A stretch of DNA of 64,000 nt. Origin: Chrysomallon squamiferum (lineage: Eukaryota > Animalia > Mollusca). The notes beneath the pieces are model-generated. The model was not told the DNA's origin. It ran no database searches and was given only the letters and a program-made list of their open reading frames with translations. Where the stretch lies: positions 28,706,001 through 28,770,000 of the forward strand of contig CM022679.1 of NCBI GenBank assembly GCA_012295275.1, given 5' to 3'. Shown one piece after another: positions 59,817 to 64,000 of this stretch. Every line of letters starts with the position of its first letter. Position 1 is the first letter of the stretch. The translations under genes and the position numbers were made by a program.

Positions 59817-61149
59817 AACAGACGATCACCAAAAATTATTTGTGACGTACAAACTGTAACGTGTAAACAAAAACACATAGATACTCTTAACTAATATCAC
59901 TAGAAACTATATAATATGTGTCATTGTTTACGTACAAAGTTTTCGGTTTCATGTTCGATCGAAGGCACCACTGTGATCTATATATATATATACATATATA
60001 CTGTATAACCGAGTCAGATCTTGTCGAGTGAACAGTCAAGGGAATGTAAATAATTAAGTATACAGTTACATTAACAAATGTCTAGAGACGTTTACAAAAC
60101 AGATCTATTCCTTTGAGGCAGAAATATATATGCTGTTTTGCTTCAATTCATCTCTGTCGACATGATTGTGAATGAATACTAAAGAATAAAATAAATAATT
60201 GTTTTCACTTTTTTGTAATGTTAAACAAACAAAATAAACAATCTGAGTAATTGCAAAGAAAAAATTAGTAAAAGATATATTTATATATATATCCTGTCAA
60301 AAGAATCGAAAACATAACATATAAATATACGTACATACATACATATATTAATATATATAATCAGAATAAGAAAACTGTTGAGTATATATATATAGATATA
60401 TCCTCAACAGTTTCCTCATTCTGCTTTTGAAACACACATGTAATACTCCATCATCATAGGAGAGATCCGAGCATAAGAAAAGTATTAACACAGGAAGCAA
60501 TCTTCATTTGACAACACAAATTACACGACAGTTCACGTTTCAACAAAACTGTGCTCAGAAATAATATCACAATCATCACGTCTATCATTTCACTTACATT
60601 TCAGTTGTTACCTTTAGTCTACACTATTTCCAACTTTTATCATCCTCTATTCAATCTCTCAATAAATCATCTGTTCATTGATTTTTTTTTTTTTTTTTTC
60701 ATCTTTTCAAAACTATTAAAATACAAAGAGACGAACACAGCCATTTCTTCATTTACCTTTCACTTGTTTGCATGAAGCAGCATCTCGACAACAAAAAGCT
60801 GGGTGGACATACTGAACTCTAGTACTCACTACCATGGTTTTCACGGTTCGCTGACTCTGTGTATTTAACTTGACTTCACATTCATATTTTATATTATAAC
60901 AAACTGACGACGGCTGTTCAGTAACGTGTTACTGTACGTGAAACATCAACACGTGTAACTAACGTTATTAAATTTATATGAAATTTGTGAATGCAGATTT
61001 TCAGTGAGGTAATCATAAGGGACCTGTGTTGCTATAAACGTAGGAGGTTCATTGATCTTGTTGGTATAAACTGACAACTGAGGTGTAGTCGGCCGTGTAT
61101 ATACATTCAGTTTGTCTCTGGACACAATTAAAATCACAAATTTACCATC

Positions 61150-61225
61150 ATGAGGAAATATTTCTTCGTGTTTATAGCAATAATTTACGTTTGTAGTTCG
61201 GGAGGTATGTATACACACATTACCT

Positions 61226-61272
<47 letters not shown>

Positions 61273-63358
61273 CTTACTTACTTACTTATTTATGTATTTC
61301 GGCTTTGTGTCGCAAGAAAACTGTCTAAAAGAAAAAAAAATACCATTTGTTTTGAATTAGTATAGATATTTAGCTCAAAGGTGATTTTTGTTTTATTTTT
61401 CCGAAAGCTAAGCCTTACAACCAGAACAAATTGATTCGAGCAAATGTTTGTCTTTAAAAAGAAACCTGAAAAATTATTTTTTGTATGTATTGTATATTAT
61501 ATTATTTTTATTAATCATAATCTTGTTCTTAAATTTATTTGTATTTATTTTTATTTATTTCTTGCATAAGAAATGATAGTAACGATATTCATGAAAAAGA
61601 CGGCGAAAAATACAAATGTTTACGTATATCCTTATACTTACACGATTATCTAGAAGGAAATAGATAATTGTTCATGTCTAGTAACAACACTGATTGCTGT
61701 TGATAATTGTTTTTTCTGTAGATCTTTCAGACAACATCGCTCTCAAAAAACCGGCAATCATGAGCTCAGTGTACAATAACTACGAGAGGGCAAAGGCGAA
61801 GCAGGCAGTGGACGGCAACACTGGAACTGATTTCTACAACAATTACTGCTCACATACGGGCTCAAATGACACGAATCTTTGGTGGATGGTAGATTTGGAA
61901 AACACGTACAATGTGCACACGGTTACTTTGACTAACAGAAATAGTATGGGTGAGTGTCTGTGTCATCCGCTTCACACTGCTCGGTAAACTTAGAACTGCT
62001 AAACATTAAAAACCAGTCTGCGAGGTTAAGAAAACAATTACCTCACTCTTCTCCCCATAAACATACATACATAGACATAGATATATGAATATATATATAT
62101 ATATATATGTATGTATATATGTATGTATGTAGGTATGTATGTATGTATACATACATACATACATACATACATACTTACACATACACACATACATACATAC
62201 ATTCATATATATATACATGCACGCATGCATACTTATATACACACATACATACATACATATACACTTATATATATATGCCATGCACATATACATTCTTAGA
62301 TACATACTTACAGACATACTTAAATACATATATACATACACGCATTCATAATTGCACACATGTACTTTCATACATAGACATCAGCCTACCTAAATACATA
62401 CATACATACGAAGTTATATATAAATATAATTTGTGTTCTTTAAACGTTAAAACTTAAAGTGAGACGTGAACAACAAAAGTCAAGATTTAAATTATTTTCT
62501 CGACAGCAACATCAGTTCATCCGTTTCTACACCACCCTGGGACGACATTAATGACTGGAGTAGATTTATCTGCTTTGCTTTCGAAGAAAAAAGAAAAGAA
62601 AAGGAAGCAACTAGGTTTATTTTAGATTTATGAATTAAGTTTTGTACCCTCAATTTATATCATTGCAGCTTTTCGACTTGTCCATTTTGTTATTGAAGTC
62701 TTTGTGAGGAATCCTAAAAACTGTGCCGAAGCCAAAGTCACTGTGTGTTATAATCATACTGGAGCGGCGCTAGGAGCTTCTGAGACGAGAAGCTTCGCTT
62801 GTGAGAGACCAACAACAGGTCGATTTGTCAGAATCAGAAAGTGGAAGCAAGATTATGTTCTCACTTTGTGTGAAGTTCAGGTTTTCGGCCAGCGAAAAAT
62901 TGGTAAACTTTATAATAAACGTAATGGTAAAAAATTATGTAAATAATGTTGTAGCTGTATCTTATTAAATGCGTTATAGATATGGTATTTTATTAATGTA
63001 ATTTAGATTGAATGGCGAGAATATAATATGTTTCTTTTCTTAGCCTCTGTAAAATATCGTACGTTGATAATAAACACTGAAATGTTTGTCGTTAAACTGA
63101 TATTTCTCGTCTGTTTTAGGTTGTGAAAATCCAGTTCATTTCAATCGACTTAGACAAACACGACTAAAATCAGATAACCCTCTGGTACTGACCACACCCC
63201 TGATGAACTGTGCTATTGAGTGTGTGAAAAATGGCGCCTGTCTGGCTTTCAACTTCAACACTGAAATTCAGCAGTGTGAACTCATCTTTCATCCTCAGTT
63301 TGGCGAGACAACTGAGAAGAATTCCGTGTGGGACTACTACGGATCAGATTTGTGTTAA
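61150..63358 (+). CDS. Gene K: secreted F-type lectin + PAN/apple protein, 251 aa; exons 61150-61204, 61722-61949, 62669-62902, 63120-63358
   Basis: Open spliced frame (55+228+234+239 nt), GT-AG. MRKYFFVFIAIIYVCSSG; NIALKKPA, QAVDGN, YCSHT, WWMVDL, NRNSMAFRL, LTLCEVQVFG; ends YYGSDLC*. Confidence 0.9.
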
Positions 63359-64000
63359 AACAGACGATCACCAAAAATTATTTGTGACGTACAAACTGTA
63401 ACGTGTAAACAAAAACACATAGATACTGTTAACTAATATCACTAGAAACTATATAATATGTGTCATTGTTTACGTACAAAGTTTTCGGTTTCATGTTCGA
63501 TCGAAGGCACCACTGTGATCTATATATATACATATATACTGTATAACCGAGTCAGATCTTGTCGAGTGAACAGTCAAGGGAATGTAAATAATTAAGTATA
63601 CAGTTACATTAACAAATGTCTAGAGACGTTTACAAAACAGATCTATTCCGTTGAGGCAGAAATATATATGCTGTTTTGCTTCACTTCATCTCTGTCGACA
63701 TGATTGTGAATGACTACTAAAGAATAAGTATGAGATAAAATAAACAGCTTGAATAATTGCAAAGAAAAAATCAGTAAAAGATATATATCAGTAAAAGATC
63801 CGAAAAAGGAGAACATTCTACCATTTGTGTGTGATTATTATTTAAAAACGAGTCGGATTGTGTCGACTGAAGTATCTAAAGACATTTACACTACAAACGT
63901 ATTTTTGTTTTGCTTCACTTCACCTCTGTCGATATAATTGTGAATGAATACTCGATAATAAGTATGAGAAATAAAAATTAAAAAAATGTTATGACTTTTT

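Overview
AT-rich, microsatellite-dense eukaryotic DNA. The style suggests an invertebrate, plausibly a mollusc such as a cephalopod; that is inference only. Almost the whole window is one tandem gene array. Each unit has 4 coding exons joined by three phase-1 introns: exon 1 is a signal peptide (55-58 nt), exons 2 and 3 (about 228 and 234 nt) encode an F-type lectin (fucolectin/FTP) domain, and exon 4 (239 nt) encodes a 6-Cys PAN/apple domain ending in Cys. The product is a secreted protein of about 250 aa. I reconstructed 7 intact copies by hand (B, C, E, F, G, J, K), 2 copies with a single lesion (A, D) and about 8 pseudogenes or fragments. Copies left of about 20 kb are on the minus strand and those to the right on the plus strand. 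The paralogs are exon-level mosaics: exon 2 (ligand-binding loops) is hypervariable, exons 3-4 are homogenised, and the His/Arg/Arg fucose-binding residues are kept only in C, G and K. This looks like a diversifying secreted recognition-protein repertoire. Most of the long low-complexity ORFs in the track are microsatellite artefacts.
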